A DNA stretch of 64,000 nt from Lytechinus pictus (lineage: Eukaryota): assembly GCF_037042905.1 (NCBI RefSeq), contig NC_087251.1, forward strand, positions 15,378,001 through 15,442,000, in the 5' to 3' direction. The position numbers and the translations under genes are program-made. The notes beneath the pieces are model-generated. The model was given only the letters and a program-made list of their open reading frames with translations, did not search any database and had not been told where the DNA came from. Positions within the stretch are counted from its first letter, which is position 1. Each line of letters opens with the position of its first letter. This document shows positions 24,550-35,823 of this stretch, piece after piece.

Positions 24550-27500
24550 TTATGAAAATCCAAAATAGTTTGGTTTTCTCCGCTCTCGTCTAGGATAATG
24601 CTTTATACCGTCATCGTGTTCGACTTCAGGATTGTCTTCACGATCCACGCGAATGTCAATCTGATCTTCATCGACATCGCGATCATCATTCTCGTTATCA
24701 CGGATGATAACGTCATCTTCGTGTGTCGGGACGGTGTCGTCGTTCGAGGTTGATGAAGTCGAGATTCGACTTCGCAGTTGGTCAACATGACGTTTCCATC
24801 TCAGTGTCGAGCCATTGGCATTGACATTTACTACATAGGATACCTGACCGTTACGTTCGACTACTTTTCCGGGTAGCCATTGGTTACCTCGCCCGTAATT
24901 TCTCACAAGGACTTCTTCTCCTATCTTAAATTCGCGAAGTATGCGAGAAGTGTGAGCGGTCTGTGAGAATTGCTTCTTCTCAACGGTTGCGTTCACATCA
25001 GGCAGAACAGAAGATATGCGAGTACGCAACTTTCGGTTCATGAGCAATTCTGCCGGTGACTGATTTGTGGTAGCTTGTGGAGTTGTACGGTAACTCAACA
25101 AGAACCTCGATAATCTCGTCTGAAGGGGTCCACTCATTTTTCTGAGGGCTCCTTTCACAGTTTGCACTGCTCTTTCCGCGAGACCATTAGTGGCTGGGTG
25201 ATATGGTGCACCTCGAATGTGATTGATTGCGTTCATTTTCATGAACATAGCGAATTCCTCACTCGTGAAACAGGGCCCATTATCCGAAACCAGCGTTTGA
25301 GGAAGACCATGTGCCGAAAAGACTTCCCTCAATTTGTCTATTGTCGCTTCACTAGTCGATTTATTCGTAATATGAACATCTATCCACTTTGAATACGCAT
25401 CTACTATTACTAGTAACATTTTCCCTTCTACTGGACCTGCGTAATCGACATGAATTCGCGACCACGGTTTACTTGGATATTCCCACTGATGGGGTGGAGC
25501 TTTCGACGGTTGTCGCTGGTGTGATTGACATTTTTCGCAAGATTTAACTTTACGCTCCAAATCTTTGTCAATCTGTGGCCACCATACGCAACTTCTCGCC
25601 ATTGCCTTCATACGCACTATCCCCGGATGTGCATCATGCAATTCTTCCATCATTGCTTCTCGACATTTCGGTGGAAGCACCGCGCGAGCTCCCCACAATA
25701 TTACTCCCTCATGGACACTCAATTCATCTTTTCTATTCAAATACGGACCGAATGCCTTATCTTGTAATTCATCTGCTGTAGGCCATCCGTGTAAGATGAA
25801 GTTACGGACCCGCGACAAGATCGGATCTTTGTCGGTAAGAGAACGGACGCGCGAGGGCGTTATCGGTGTCCTATCTAACGTATCCATGAGAAGTATGATA
25901 TCTCCCGGGATCGGAGGATCCGGAATGGTTGATTCTAGCGGCAATCTACTGAGTGCATCAGCATTTGAATTTTTCTCTCCCGCTTTATACTTTATTTCAT
26001 ATTCGTATGCCGCAAGTGTAATCGCCCACCGTTGGACGCGCGGAGAAGCCATCTGTGGAATGGCTTTCCTCTCTCCAAAGAGACCAAGTAGCGGCTTATG
26101 GTCCGTGATTATTTCGAATTTGCGGCCATACAGATATTGGTGAAACCGTTTTACCCCAAATACGATTGCTAAACCTTCCTTATCTAATTGCGAATATCTG
26201 CGTTCCGCAACATTCAGTGTTCGCGACGCGAAACCGATGGGTTTTTCGGTCCCATCCGAAAATCTATGAGCGAGTACGGCTCCGATACCGTACGGACTAG
26301 CGTCGCAAGCTAGTATCAGTTGCTCTACCGGATTGTAGTGGGCTAGCACTCGAGTTGAATTAAGCAACTTTTTGGCTCTTACGAAAGCCTGTTTTTGCTC
26401 ATTACCCCACTGCCATCTTGCGTCTTTCCTCAACAACCGATGAAGAGGTTCTAGATTTGATGCAAGGTCGGGTAGAAATTTACCATAATAATTTAGCAAG
26501 CCCAGGAACGAGCGGAGTTCCTTTACGCTTTTTGGTTCCGGCGCATTTGTAATTGCTTGCACCTTGTCCCCCGTGGGACGAAGACCTTTGGCAGTGATTG
26601 TGTGTCCGAGGTAATCAACCTCGTCCTTGAGAAACACACATTTTTCTTTCTTTAGTCTTAGTCCAGCTTTCAGAAGAACATCCAGGACTGCTCTTAGGTT
26701 CTTCATGTGGGCATCTGTTGACTCTCCTGTGATGAGAAGATCATCTAGGTAGACAGCCACATCTGGTATACCGGCCAGCAATGACTCCATCGTCCGCTGA
26801 AACACAGAGGGCGCAGTTGAAACTCCAAAAGGCAGTCTCTTGTATCGAAATAACCCTCTATGCGTGTTGATGGTGACGAACTCCCTGGATTTCTCAGACA
26901 GGACTAGCTGTTGATAGGCATGAGACAGATCCAGTTTTGTGAATTTCTTTCCATTTGCAAGCCTGGCAAATAGCTCTTCTACTCTCGGGATCGGATAGGT
27001 ATCCGATCGAGCTGCTGTATTAATCGTGGTTTTATAATCCCCACAAATGCGAATGGATCCATCTCCTTTGACGACTGGGACCACTGGAGCTGCCCAGTTT
27101 GAATATTGAACTGGTTCAATTATGTCATCTGCTAGAAGGCGATCCAGCTCTTGATCCAGACGACTTCGAAGAGAAAATGGAACTGGACGGGCCTTCAAAA
27201 ACTTTGGTGATGCATTGGGGTCAATATCCAGATCTACTTCTACACCTTTCAACTTTCCAAGTTCTCGTGTGAACAGTCCCGCGTAGTCTGAAAACACTCT
27301 GTCTACTGCGTCATTGACCCTGACCAAGTTTATCTCCCTCCAGTCCAACTTTATTTCGTGCAGCCAATCTCGTCCCATGAGATTCGGCCCTCTGCCTCTC
27401 GCAACTATCAAAGGCAAGCGTTCCTCCTTGTTGCCCTTGGATACGGCGACTTCACATTCTCCGATAATTTCAACTAAATGCTCGGTGTATGTACGAAGCC

Positions 27501-28524
27501 GCGTTTTTGGTTCGCTCAGCTTAGGCCTCTCTTTGTCACTCCACTGAGAGAGCCACGTTTTCTCATTGATGAGCGTTACTGCCGAGCCCGTGTCCACTTG
27601 GAAGTTTATAGGTTTCCCTTTCACTGTTAGCTGAGTCATAATCGGAGGAGGTTTGGAAGCTTTAGTCGAGTGTGTATACAACCCGTAGCTTTCGCTTTCA
27701 TCATCCTCTCTTGTTTCGATCTGCAGAGTTCGAGATTTATTGGAGGCGGTCCGTTTCCCTTGCTGCTGGAAAACTTTTCTCTGGTCCTTCCTCTCTCCTT
27801 TGGCTCTGCATACCACGGCAAAATGTCCCTTTTTCCCGCAGTGGAAACACTCTCCGTCTTTTGCTGGACAAGCCTCTCCTTGATGCTGTCCCTTTCCGCA
27901 GCGACCGCATGAGGAATGTTTCTTGGAATTAGGACGTTGTGACGACTTACGATGACGAACACCATGAGCGATTTTGTTCACCATCTCGCCTTTGTTCTGA
28001 TCTCTGAGATCGACTGTATTTTTATCAGCTAATTCCATTGCTAATGCAATATCGTTAGCTTTTTCGAAAGTTAGAGTTGGTTCAGCCAATAATCTCCTTT
28101 GTATTCTATCATCCGCCACTCCACACACAATCCTATCTCTCAACATCTCCTCTAAAATAGTACCAAACTTACATTCATTAGCCAATCGTCGCAGTTCAGC
28201 AATGTAAGTTGACAACGATTCATCTGGTCTCCTCGACCTGCTGTTAAACTTGAATCGTTGGACGATCACCGATGGCTTTGGATCTCGATGATCAGTCATT
28301 AATTTCACAAGTTCCTTGAACTCAACTTCACCTGGTTTCCTTGGTGCCGCCAAACTTGACATTAACTTGTAGGTTGAGGCTCCACAAACACTAAGTAAAA
28401 TGGATCTTTTCCTCCCCTCATCAATGATGATATTGGCGTCGAAGTAGTGTCCCATACGCTCAATGTACTCGGACCAACTCCCTTCGTCTTCCCGAAATTC
28501 ACCAATTGTTCCAAAAGTAGCCAT
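24550..28524 (-). CDS. Gag-Pol polyprotein (about 1324 aa): gag with two CCHC knuckles, protease, RT, RNase H, integrase
   Basis: Likely start MATFG at the ATG at 28524 (the track starts 14 codons earlier at a non-ATG codon). Motifs: CGRCGKGQHQGEAC and CFHCGKKGHFAVVC; protease DTGS; RT YLDD; RNase H CDAS...TDHKPL; integrase HDAH...CEKC, HVD/SDNG/GLAER. Domain order PR-RT-RH-IN is Gypsy. Confidence 0.96.
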   Translation of the reverse strand: MATFGTIGEFREDEGSWSEYIERMGHYFDANIIIDEGRKRSILLSVCGASTYKLMSSLAAPRKPGEVEFKELVKLMTDHRDPKPSVIVQRFKFNSRSRRPDESLSTYIAELRRLANECKFGTILEEMLRDRIVCGVADDRIQRRLLAEPTLTFEKANDIALAMELADKNTVDLRDQNKGEMVNKIAHGVRHRKSSQRPNSKKHSSCGRCGKGQHQGEACPAKDGECFHCGKKGHFAVVCRAKGERKDQRKVFQQQGKRTASNKSRTLQIETREDDESESYGLYTHSTKASKPPPIMTQLTVKGKPINFQVDTGSAVTLINEKTWLSQWSDKERPKLSEPKTRLRTYTEHLVEIIGECEVAVSKGNKEERLPLIVARGRGPNLMGRDWLHEIKLDWREINLVRVNDAVDRVFSDYAGLFTRELGKLKGVEVDLDIDPNASPKFLKARPVPFSLRSRLDQELDRLLADDIIEPVQYSNWAAPVVPVVKGDGSIRICGDYKTTINTAARSDTYPIPRVEELFARLANGKKFTKLDLSHAYQQLVLSEKSREFVTINTHRGLFRYKRLPFGVSTAPSVFQRTMESLLAGIPDVAVYLDDLLITGESTDAHMKNLRAVLDVLLKAGLRLKKEKCVFLKDEVDYLGHTITAKGLRPTGDKVQAITNAPEPKSVKELRSFLGLLNYYGKFLPDLASNLEPLHRLLRKDARWQWGNEQKQAFVRAKKLLNSTRVLAHYNPVEQLILACDASPYGIGAVLAHRFSDGTEKPIGFASRTLNVAERRYSQLDKEGLAIVFGVKRFHQYLYGRKFEIITDHKPLLGLFGERKAIPQMASPRVQRWAITLAAYEYEIKYKAGEKNSNADALSRLPLESTIPDPPIPGDIILLMDTLDRTPITPSRVRSLTDKDPILSRVRNFILHGWPTADELQDKAFGPYLNRKDELSVHEGVILWGARAVLPPKCREAMMEELHDAHPGIVRMKAMARSCVWWPQIDKDLERKVKSCEKCQSHQRQPSKAPPHQWEYPSKPWSRIHVDYAGPVEGKMLLVIVDAYSKWIDVHITNKSTSEATIDKLREVFSAHGLPQTLVSDNGPCFTSEEFAMFMKMNAINHIRGAPYHPATNGLAERAVQTVKGALRKMSGPLQTRLSRFLLSYRTTPQATTNQSPAELLMNRKLRTRISSVLPDVNATVEKKQFSQTAHTSRILREFKIGEEVLVRNYGRGNQWLPGKVVERNGQVSYVVNVNANGSTLRWKRHVDQLRSRISTSSTSNDDTVPTHEDDVIIRDNENDDRDVDEDQIDIRVDREDNPEVEHDDGIKHYPRRERRKPNYFGFS

Positions 28525-28572
28525 CCTCAGGTACTCGAACTTTCCCAAAGTGAAGAACAAACACAAAAGTTA

Positions 28573-28585
28573 ATCCTCGTCGCAA
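28573..28585 (-). promoter_or_regulatory. Primer-binding site, tRNA-Ser(GCT)-type, with a TGG>TTG mismatch
   Basis: Minus-strand TTGCGACGAGGAT, 7 nt after the 5' LTR; TGGCGACGAGGAT is the complement of the tRNA-Ser(GCT) 3' end. Confidence 0.75.
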
Positions 28586-28592
28586 GATTTGT

Positions 28593-28768
28593 TGTTATGT
28601 ACTCCTAATTAACCTACAGTAATTAGTAATTAAGGCACATAAATAAGCACACGTCTGATACTCTTGGTATATGATTCCAAAGCAAGTTTATTCCGCATTG
28701 CGCCTGCGCAGCTACAATTGTGAGTCATGGTATGACATCATGTATGACATCATTATCAATATATAACA
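28593..28768 (-). repeat. 5' LTR (176 bp)
   Basis: Identical to 23993-24168. Confidence 0.95.
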
Positions 28769-30404
28769 GAACCTTATTTTCAAAAGTGATTGTAAAATGA
28801 ACAAAAAAGGGATAAAATGGAGGAAATTAAAATAATATTAACCCCGCGCGAAGCGCGGAAGCTAAAGCATTTTTTTTTCAATTTTTTTGAAAAGAAAATG
28901 GTCCCGAGAAAAGGTTATTTTCTAAGTTATATTGAATACTTCCCTTGGAAAGATCAGATTTGATTACAAACAATTTAGCGACAGTGCATATCTTAACTCG
29001 CAAAACAGAGGAGAAGAAGGATATATGCCGGGAGGAAGATATTCCTCCCCGCTAAGAGCAATGAAACTCTGAAATTTCAAACGGGCGGACGTTTCATCAA
29101 ATGCAGATATCTCTAATTCAGTTAATTTTCTAAGATTATTGAACTTCATTACAAGGAAAATAGTGCGCAAAAAGTTGAAACTTCTGTGATTATTGAATTA
29201 TATAAAACACGATGATGTATAATTTATTTCACTTATCCTGATGCGCTTCACTTTGAATTATAAAGAAACTTAAGTGTCATTCAAAATTTCAAACTGAGGG
29301 CGCAAAACAGGACAGGAGATGAATGTGCAGGGAAATGACATGAAGTTGAATAGAATTTGATAAAAAAAATATTGCACTTTTTTTTATTTAATACGACACG
29401 AATTTTATACCTTCCTCTTTTGTTTGCCCCCAAATTATGGTTGTTTAGTAATGAGCTGAAAAGCGGGAGAAGTTGCCTAGATGGAGGTGACGGCAGAAAT
29501 TGAGATAAAGATTTTACCCGCCCGGAGCCGACCCGACCAGAAGTTGCGCGATCAATTTAAAAAAAAAAGATAAATTCATATACTTCGGCCTAACCTTACT
29601 CTAATCATGGACCTATTGAATTTTAACGGGAAAGAAACACATATCGCTGAGGTGGAAAAACAGGGTTAGAGAAAGGGTGAGGGAAACAAAGGAGAACTGC
29701 AATATTGTCAATATTTCTTATATATAAATTTAGAGCAAGAGTCACGGAGTTTCTTTTTTAGAAAAAAAATAAAGAATAAAAAGAAAAACCCACAAAGCTA
29801 CCTTTCTTTCCTTTCCTCTCTTCGCGTTTCCTTTTCTCCTCTCTTCCCCCCCCCCCTTTTTTTTTCTTTTTGGGGACGTTTTGGGGGGGGCGACCGCCCC
29901 CACCGCCCGCCCCCCCCCCCCCCTGGCTACGCTCCTGCATTTTATCATCATGCATTCAGAAGAAAAAAGATATTGCCAGTCGGGTTAGATTTAAGAGAGA
30001 AGTTGTATACATCATGCTCAATAAACAGATCACTTTGTACATGGTCCAGACAAGTTTTGTCATTTTTCTTTCGTATGAGTTTAGAATAGGCTTACTTGTA
30101 ACACAAATTGAATTTTCAAAAAAATTATGTAAGTACAGTACATTGCAACAATGAAGGAATTTCCAAGAACACCATGCATATCAACCACTCCCAAATGTCC
30201 TAACTTGTGATTTTAGTGGGGGTAATGTTGTAATGTTGAAAGATCCCCATCCACAAGATAATTTGTGTCAATCACCCGATTCACCCCCCCCCCCAACCAA
30301 GAATACCGATCGACACCCATGAATAGGAGAGCTAGGGCTCCCCGTATAGGGCTCACCCCAGGAGTTAACTGGCTTCTTCTTTCTATAATGTACACGCAGC
30401 GTAA

Positions 30405-30566
30405 TACCTTGGTCACATTTGCTCTACGGCGGCCGTACGGCGAGTCAAAAACAGCCGTTTTCACATTTTATGTACGAGCTACATAGAGGTGGTTTGTATA
30501 AAAATGAATAAAACGACTGTTTTCGACTCGCCGTACGGCCGCCGTAGAGTAAATGTGACCATGGTA
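30405..30566. mobile_element. 162-bp hairpin MITE, Harbinger-like (TACC...GGTA, TAA TSD)
   Basis: About 55-bp inverted arms; taa at 30402-30404 and 30567-30569. Confidence 0.88.
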
Positions 30567-30811
30567 TAAGTAATGTAAGTATTTTTTAAGAGGAATCCGA
30601 CCTTGGTGATAAAATTTTGTGTGAGAGAGGCGATAAAAAGTAACACAGAAAGGTTAAAGTTTGAGAAAAAAAAATCAGAAATTTAAGCAATAAGAAAGTT
30701 TTTTATTGAGATTCCCAGGACTTTTGTAAATTTCTACTTGGAAACTGGGTAGGTAGATTATGACAAATGGTAGGGACAGCTTTCCCATGATTTGTGGTCA
30801 AGTTCTGTTAA

Positions 30812-31496
30812 AGGGGTGGTCCAGGCTGGAAATATTTATATCTCAATAAGTAGAGTAAAATTCACAGAGCAAAATCGGATAACAAATAACGAAGTTATTG
30901 AATTTTAAAATTGGCATCATTCCGATGAAACAGTTCAGGCATTTATTCATGAATATTAATTAGGTGGGCAGACGATGTCATAGCCCCACTTGTTCTTTTG
31001 TATTTCACTATATGAAATTAGGTTTATTCAAAAATTTTCTACCAAGAACTAAAATAATTGGATTGACAACTGATTAAGTGCATTAACTTATTTCATCATG
31101 ATGGAGACACATCAACACTTGTATGAAAAAATGAAACAATTATGATTTCATGTAATCAGAGGAGGCGGAACATCAGCAGGCTCGGACAGAGAAAGTTGAG
31201 GGGCACATTTTGTCCGCCAAACAATAGGTGCCCCTCCGTTTTCATTGTATGAGCCTGACGTTCCACCGCCTCTGCATGTAATAACATCCCTAGAAAAAAA
31301 GGAAACTGAGTTGGGATATGACATCATCAGCCCACCTAATGAATATTCATGATGATGTACATACTGTTTTCACAAAATATTGATAAAATTTAAAATTTAA
31401 TAACTTCATTATTTGTTATCCAATTATAAAGAAATTTCAGCATTTTGCTCTGTGAATTTTACTTTATTTAGATATAAATCAGCCCGGACTATCCCT
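30812..31496. mobile_element. Kolobok-like palindromic MITE
   Basis: aggggtggtccaggctg...cagcccggactatccct; TTAA at 30808-30811 and 31497-31500. Confidence 0.75.
31157..31274. mobile_element. 118-bp hAT-like MITE nested in 30812-31496
   Basis: cagagg...cctctg; perfect TSD catgtaat at 31149-31156 and 31275-31282. Confidence 0.85.
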
Positions 31497-31579
31497 TTAA
31501 GTGTCTATGGCTTCGGGCGGTAATCAAACTATAACACATGTAATATATTGTTTTTATGTCCTAATCATGAAAGAAAAAT

Positions 31580-32383
31580 GTGATTGGGCCGGAAGTAAAA
31601 CTTTTGAAAAAAAATAAAAAGAAGAAGATTTGTGATTCCCACGTTACCCGTTTGTAGTATATCTGTGGTGATCCCGATTGGCCGCGCCCATTCGCGAAGA
31701 AAAGTCTCCGTTGAATATGCATAAGCCGGAACATGAATAATGCATACATGACGAAATGGACAAGATTCCACAACTTGATCTCTCATTATGCCAACGAAAG
31801 AAAGGAAAGTTAAAAAAATATATGTGTAAAAAAAGAATGCCATGGACTCTGATATCATAATTATGTCGACGTAACTTATATGCTGATGGAACAGAGCAAA
31901 TTGAAACAAATGGGCGGGGACTTTAAATATGCCCTTATCCGGAAAGACGACTAAGTAGCCGAGACCCCGATTCCATATAAGGATTCCAAGGCCTAATTGG
32001 GCGTCTGTATATCACGTGACATTTTGCGTGCGTAGTTCGCTCGTACCTTACGACCATACGAAAATCATAGAGAGATCAGCGACAAAACTCCGCCCCGCAC
32101 GCGGACGTTGTGCTACGCATACGGCAGCGGCTCAGTGGGCTCTGACACGTAGAGATATGACACATCTATGCATAACAATAGCAAGATTTTCCGATGGCCA
32201 TATATACGAGTTAGGTTTCGTGGATAAATCACATCTTGAGAATACGTAGTAATATCATATGTGCACGGCGTGCATGTGCGATCGATACAAACCGATTCTA
32301 TTCGATACATCATTGTGCTCTCACGTGAAATCTACACTACATCCTCCCTATTTGGAGTGGAATTTATTTGGAATTTAATAACG
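31580..32383 (+). promoter_or_regulatory. Candidate Pol II promoter and non-coding first exon, probably of cofilin-like gene A
   Basis: CpG-enriched; ATTGG at 31583 and 31677, CCGGAAGT at 31589, GGGCGGGG at 31912, perfect CArG CCATATAAGG at 31973-31982, TCACGTGA at 32012 and 32321; strong donor ACG|gtaaga at 32384. The link to the exon at 41715 is inferred. Confidence 0.5.
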
Positions 32384-34222
32384 GTAAGAACGATATTAAA
32401 TGTATTCATTTGAATTATGAGCAAATGATAGTTTATCGAAATAATTTACTAAGTTAGAATCTACACAGTTAATCCTTGTCACTAAATTGGTCTTCGCTCA
32501 AAATTCTCTTCTCGAAATTCTCTCTCCTCCATTTTTTGCCCTCGGGCTTAGCACACGTAGCAAGCGTGAGGGGAAGGGCCGTTCCCGCCCGCCGGGCCGG
32601 GGTGCGTTGCTCCTGGATCGGGGGGGGGGGGGGGGGTAGTCAAGAGAACCCTGATCCTGGACAATAGAAGCAGCTCTTCCAAAGCTAAACTGGGATGGGA
32701 TGTGCTGTGACAGGACTGGTGGTAGACAGTTCGGACATTGACTCAGAGTCAGACAATTCATGCAATTTGTTGGAATTCCGATAAAAATATAGAAAGGGGG
32801 AGGGGGCGGGGCCACAACTAAAACTAAAAGTCACTCAGTCACAGTCTTACTGTCCTGAGTAGATTAACAACTGTAACGTTAGATCTATACAGTAAGTACA
32901 GTATTAGTCTACAAACAACAACAGCGGTACAAATGAATTAGTCATGATGTCTGCACAAACTTGATCAATGACTGACAGTCATAAATTCATCAACGTTGTT
33001 GAAATTGAAATAATGTTTGTTAAGTCGACTTTATTCATGAAATTTTCTTTATTCCGCAAAAAATTGAAGTTGATATTATGTTCCTTAACCTGAGTGAGTG
33101 TAACGTTCCCCCCTACCAAATATCTCATAAATATTTTAGAGAAATAAATCAAGTAGTTAACGTTTGCGGTAGGCCTAATTTTCTTTGAAAAAACTCAAGT
33201 TCAGCCTATCATTTTCAGATTGAACCAAACAAGTCCAAAGAATAGTGCCCCATGCCCATAAGCATGGCTGCGCACCCGTTCACTTTATACACGATTCTGG
33301 GATTTTGATGAAAGATTAGTAAAGGTTGCATATTTTTGAGGGTGTCACATGAAATGCCTAAAATTCAATATTTTCCACCATTTTGAGTCAGATTTTTTTA
33401 AAATACACTACCTAACCTGACTACAGTGTATATCTGTGTAGAGTCTATGCATAATGCATTGCAGGTGTCACTCATTCAATGAAAAAGGTTATGATATAAC
33501 TTTGTTCTCTGTTAGTACTCCATGTGTGGCAAAATAAGATTGGCAATGTTTGGCTTATTTTCTCTTTCTTTGAATCAAATGCTTGATTGTTTGACACTGT
33601 CAGATCCCATTAGGCCTACAGCTAATCATCATATAAATTGACTCTTATTCTTAAGTAAATTTATTCTTTTGATTTTTTCTAAAATAAAAATAAATGTTTG
33701 GCTTATTTTTGCTTACTAATGAAAAATAAATTGCAATTGTATGGAAATTAGTATTTTTGGTCACAAAAGTGTTATTTTAATGATTTTTTAAAGTGTGTGC
33801 TGTGTATTGCATTGGCATACCAATAGGCAATACCATACTCCATAGTCCTTGCTGTAGATTCCTCACATGTAGGATGATTGCAGTGAGCAAGTGGCATGTG
33901 TAAAGTTTGTGGTCATTGCATGTCTTTTTTTTATTGTGCATATCCTACATGTACTGTACGCATATGCGAAGACAAGGGGCTCTGCACAGACTAGGCTCCG
34001 GCACCTTACCAATACCATACAATAATTTGGTGAAGTGCAACTTCAACTTTTTCAAGTAAAATCTTTAAGGCGTTAATGCAGCCAACTTCGAGAGAATTTC
34101 CCAACCAGTCGATATAACGTTAAGAGTCTAGTTGTTCACAATTGTCATTGACATAGCAAGTCTCTCATCACATTTCAAGGTCAATATCGCGATCAGGAAC
34201 GGCTGTATTTTGGTTGGATCTC

Positions 34223-34996
34223 TAGGGACAGTGATTTTCCGTTTAAAAAAATTGCCTTTTCCGTTTCAGCATGTCAGAAAACGGAAATTCCGTTTCCCCA
34301 TAGACTTTGTACACACGGAAAAGTGACAATTCCGTTTACACATTGAATAGCAAAATCACAACACGCACACTCGCACTGGTCAAAATTTGTATCTGCTACC
34401 GTACCAACAACACAATAAAATCCGTTCTAATCGGATCTATGCGGGTGCATAAAATATTTTTACACACCCATTTTGCATGCATACATCCTCACCTTTCATA
34501 TTATTAGCATTATTTCACGGTGAAATGATATTTCATCGATAATTTTGGGGGTTTTTGGACATCGTTATCATCAGTCAACGGCTATTGCCAATCCGCCATC
34601 TTGGATTTTAAGACCACGATATCGTGTTGTTACATCTTCAAACGTAGAGGGCAGCAACACACGACCGTGTAAGGAGTTGAACGATATGTGTGCATGTTAA
34701 GCCCAACCCGGCCGGCCGCCGGGTACGGGCACGGTGCGGGGTAAAATCGAGTGTGCTGATGTCAAGTGCAGTCACGATGTGTGAATTGTCATGATAGTAG
34801 CGAAGTGACATCGTGTTTTCTGGGTTTTTGGGGCCATTTGATATTCTCATTTTGGAGTAATTTCTGTTGCTATTCTGTGTATTTTGAGGGAAAATACGTT
34901 TTCCGTGATTTTCCGTTTGAAATGCCACTTTCCGTTTCAAAATGCCCTTTCCGTGAATTCCGTCCGTTTTCCGCAATCAAGAAATCACTGTCCCTA
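34223..34996. mobile_element. TAGGG-ended MITE with an apparent 6-bp TSD
   Basis: TIR tagggacagtgattt/aaatcactgtcccta; gatctc on both sides; subterminal ttccgt repeats. Confidence 0.8.
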
Positions 34997-35212
34997 GATC
35001 TCGATGTCATTGTTGAATTCTCAGTCAGCTCAAGCATTGCCAATACTTGGCTTCACCATTAGTAACTGAAGTTAATGAAATAAAAAATCTGCCTTTTCGC
35101 ATGATTTGGGGCACTCAGTCCATATCAAAATTATGGCGAAACTTACATGTAGTCCTGAGTCTCCTGACTACCTCGGGCGATGGTTCGTGTAGGCTCCACT
35201 ACCTACACTTAA

Positions 35213-35823
35213 AGGTCAAGTCCACCTCAGAAAAATGTCGATTTGAATCAATAGAGAAAAATTAGACAAGCACAATGCTGAAAATTTCATCAAAATCGGA
35301 TGTAAAATAAGAAAGTTATGATTTTTCAAAGTTTCGCTTATTTTTAACAAAATAGTTATATGAACGAGCCAGTTACATCCAAATGAGAGAGTCGATGATG
35401 TCACTCACTCACTATTTCTTTTGTTTTTTATTGTTTTAATTATACAAAAGTAACAATATATCAATTTTTACGAATTTGATGATTAGGACCTCCTTGCCTG
35501 AAGCACACAATGATAAAATAATGGAATTCCACGTGTTCAGGGAGGAATGAAACTTCATTTCACATGATAATGACGAGAAAATAAAAATATTTCATATTTC
35601 ATATAATAAAATACAAAAGAAATAGTGAGTGAGTGATGTCATCAGTTCCTCATTTGCATACCGACCGAGATGTGCATATAACTGTTTTGTGAAATGAAGC
35701 GAAACTTTAAAATGCCATAACTTTCTTATTTTACATCCGATTTTGATGAAATTTTCAGTGTTATGCTTGTTGAATTTTTCTCTTTTTATTCAAATCAAGT
35801 TTTTGTTGGGGTGGACTTGTCCT
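35213..35823. mobile_element. Kolobok-like palindromic MITE (aggtcaagtccacc family)
   Basis: TTAA at 35209-35212 and 35824-35827; long inverted arms. Confidence 0.88.

Larger units (their letters stand above)
23993..28768 (-). mobile_element. Full-length Ty3/Gypsy LTR retrotransposon, Mag-like
   Basis: Two identical 176-bp TG...CA LTRs; 5-bp TSD gaacc at 23988-23992 and 28769-28773; PBS, PPT and a single intact gag-pol ORF. Confidence 0.97.
23746..29937. mobile_element. hAT-like element interrupted by the LTR retrotransposon
   Basis: Ends caaccgcgtagccagg / cctggctacgctcctg; perfect 8-bp TSD cattttat at 23738-23745 and 29938-29945. Confidence 0.85.
19849..30321. mobile_element. Outer hAT-like element expanded to 10.5 kb by nested insertions
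   Basis: 14-bp perfect TIR catgggtgtcgatc (19849-19862) and gatcgacacccatg (30308-30321); 8-bp flanks aattggat/aataggag (6/8). Confidence 0.7.

Noticed and set aside
25162..27965. Antisense and alternative-frame ORFs within gag-pol
   Set aside because: Shadow ORFs of a long coding region with no recognisable motifs.
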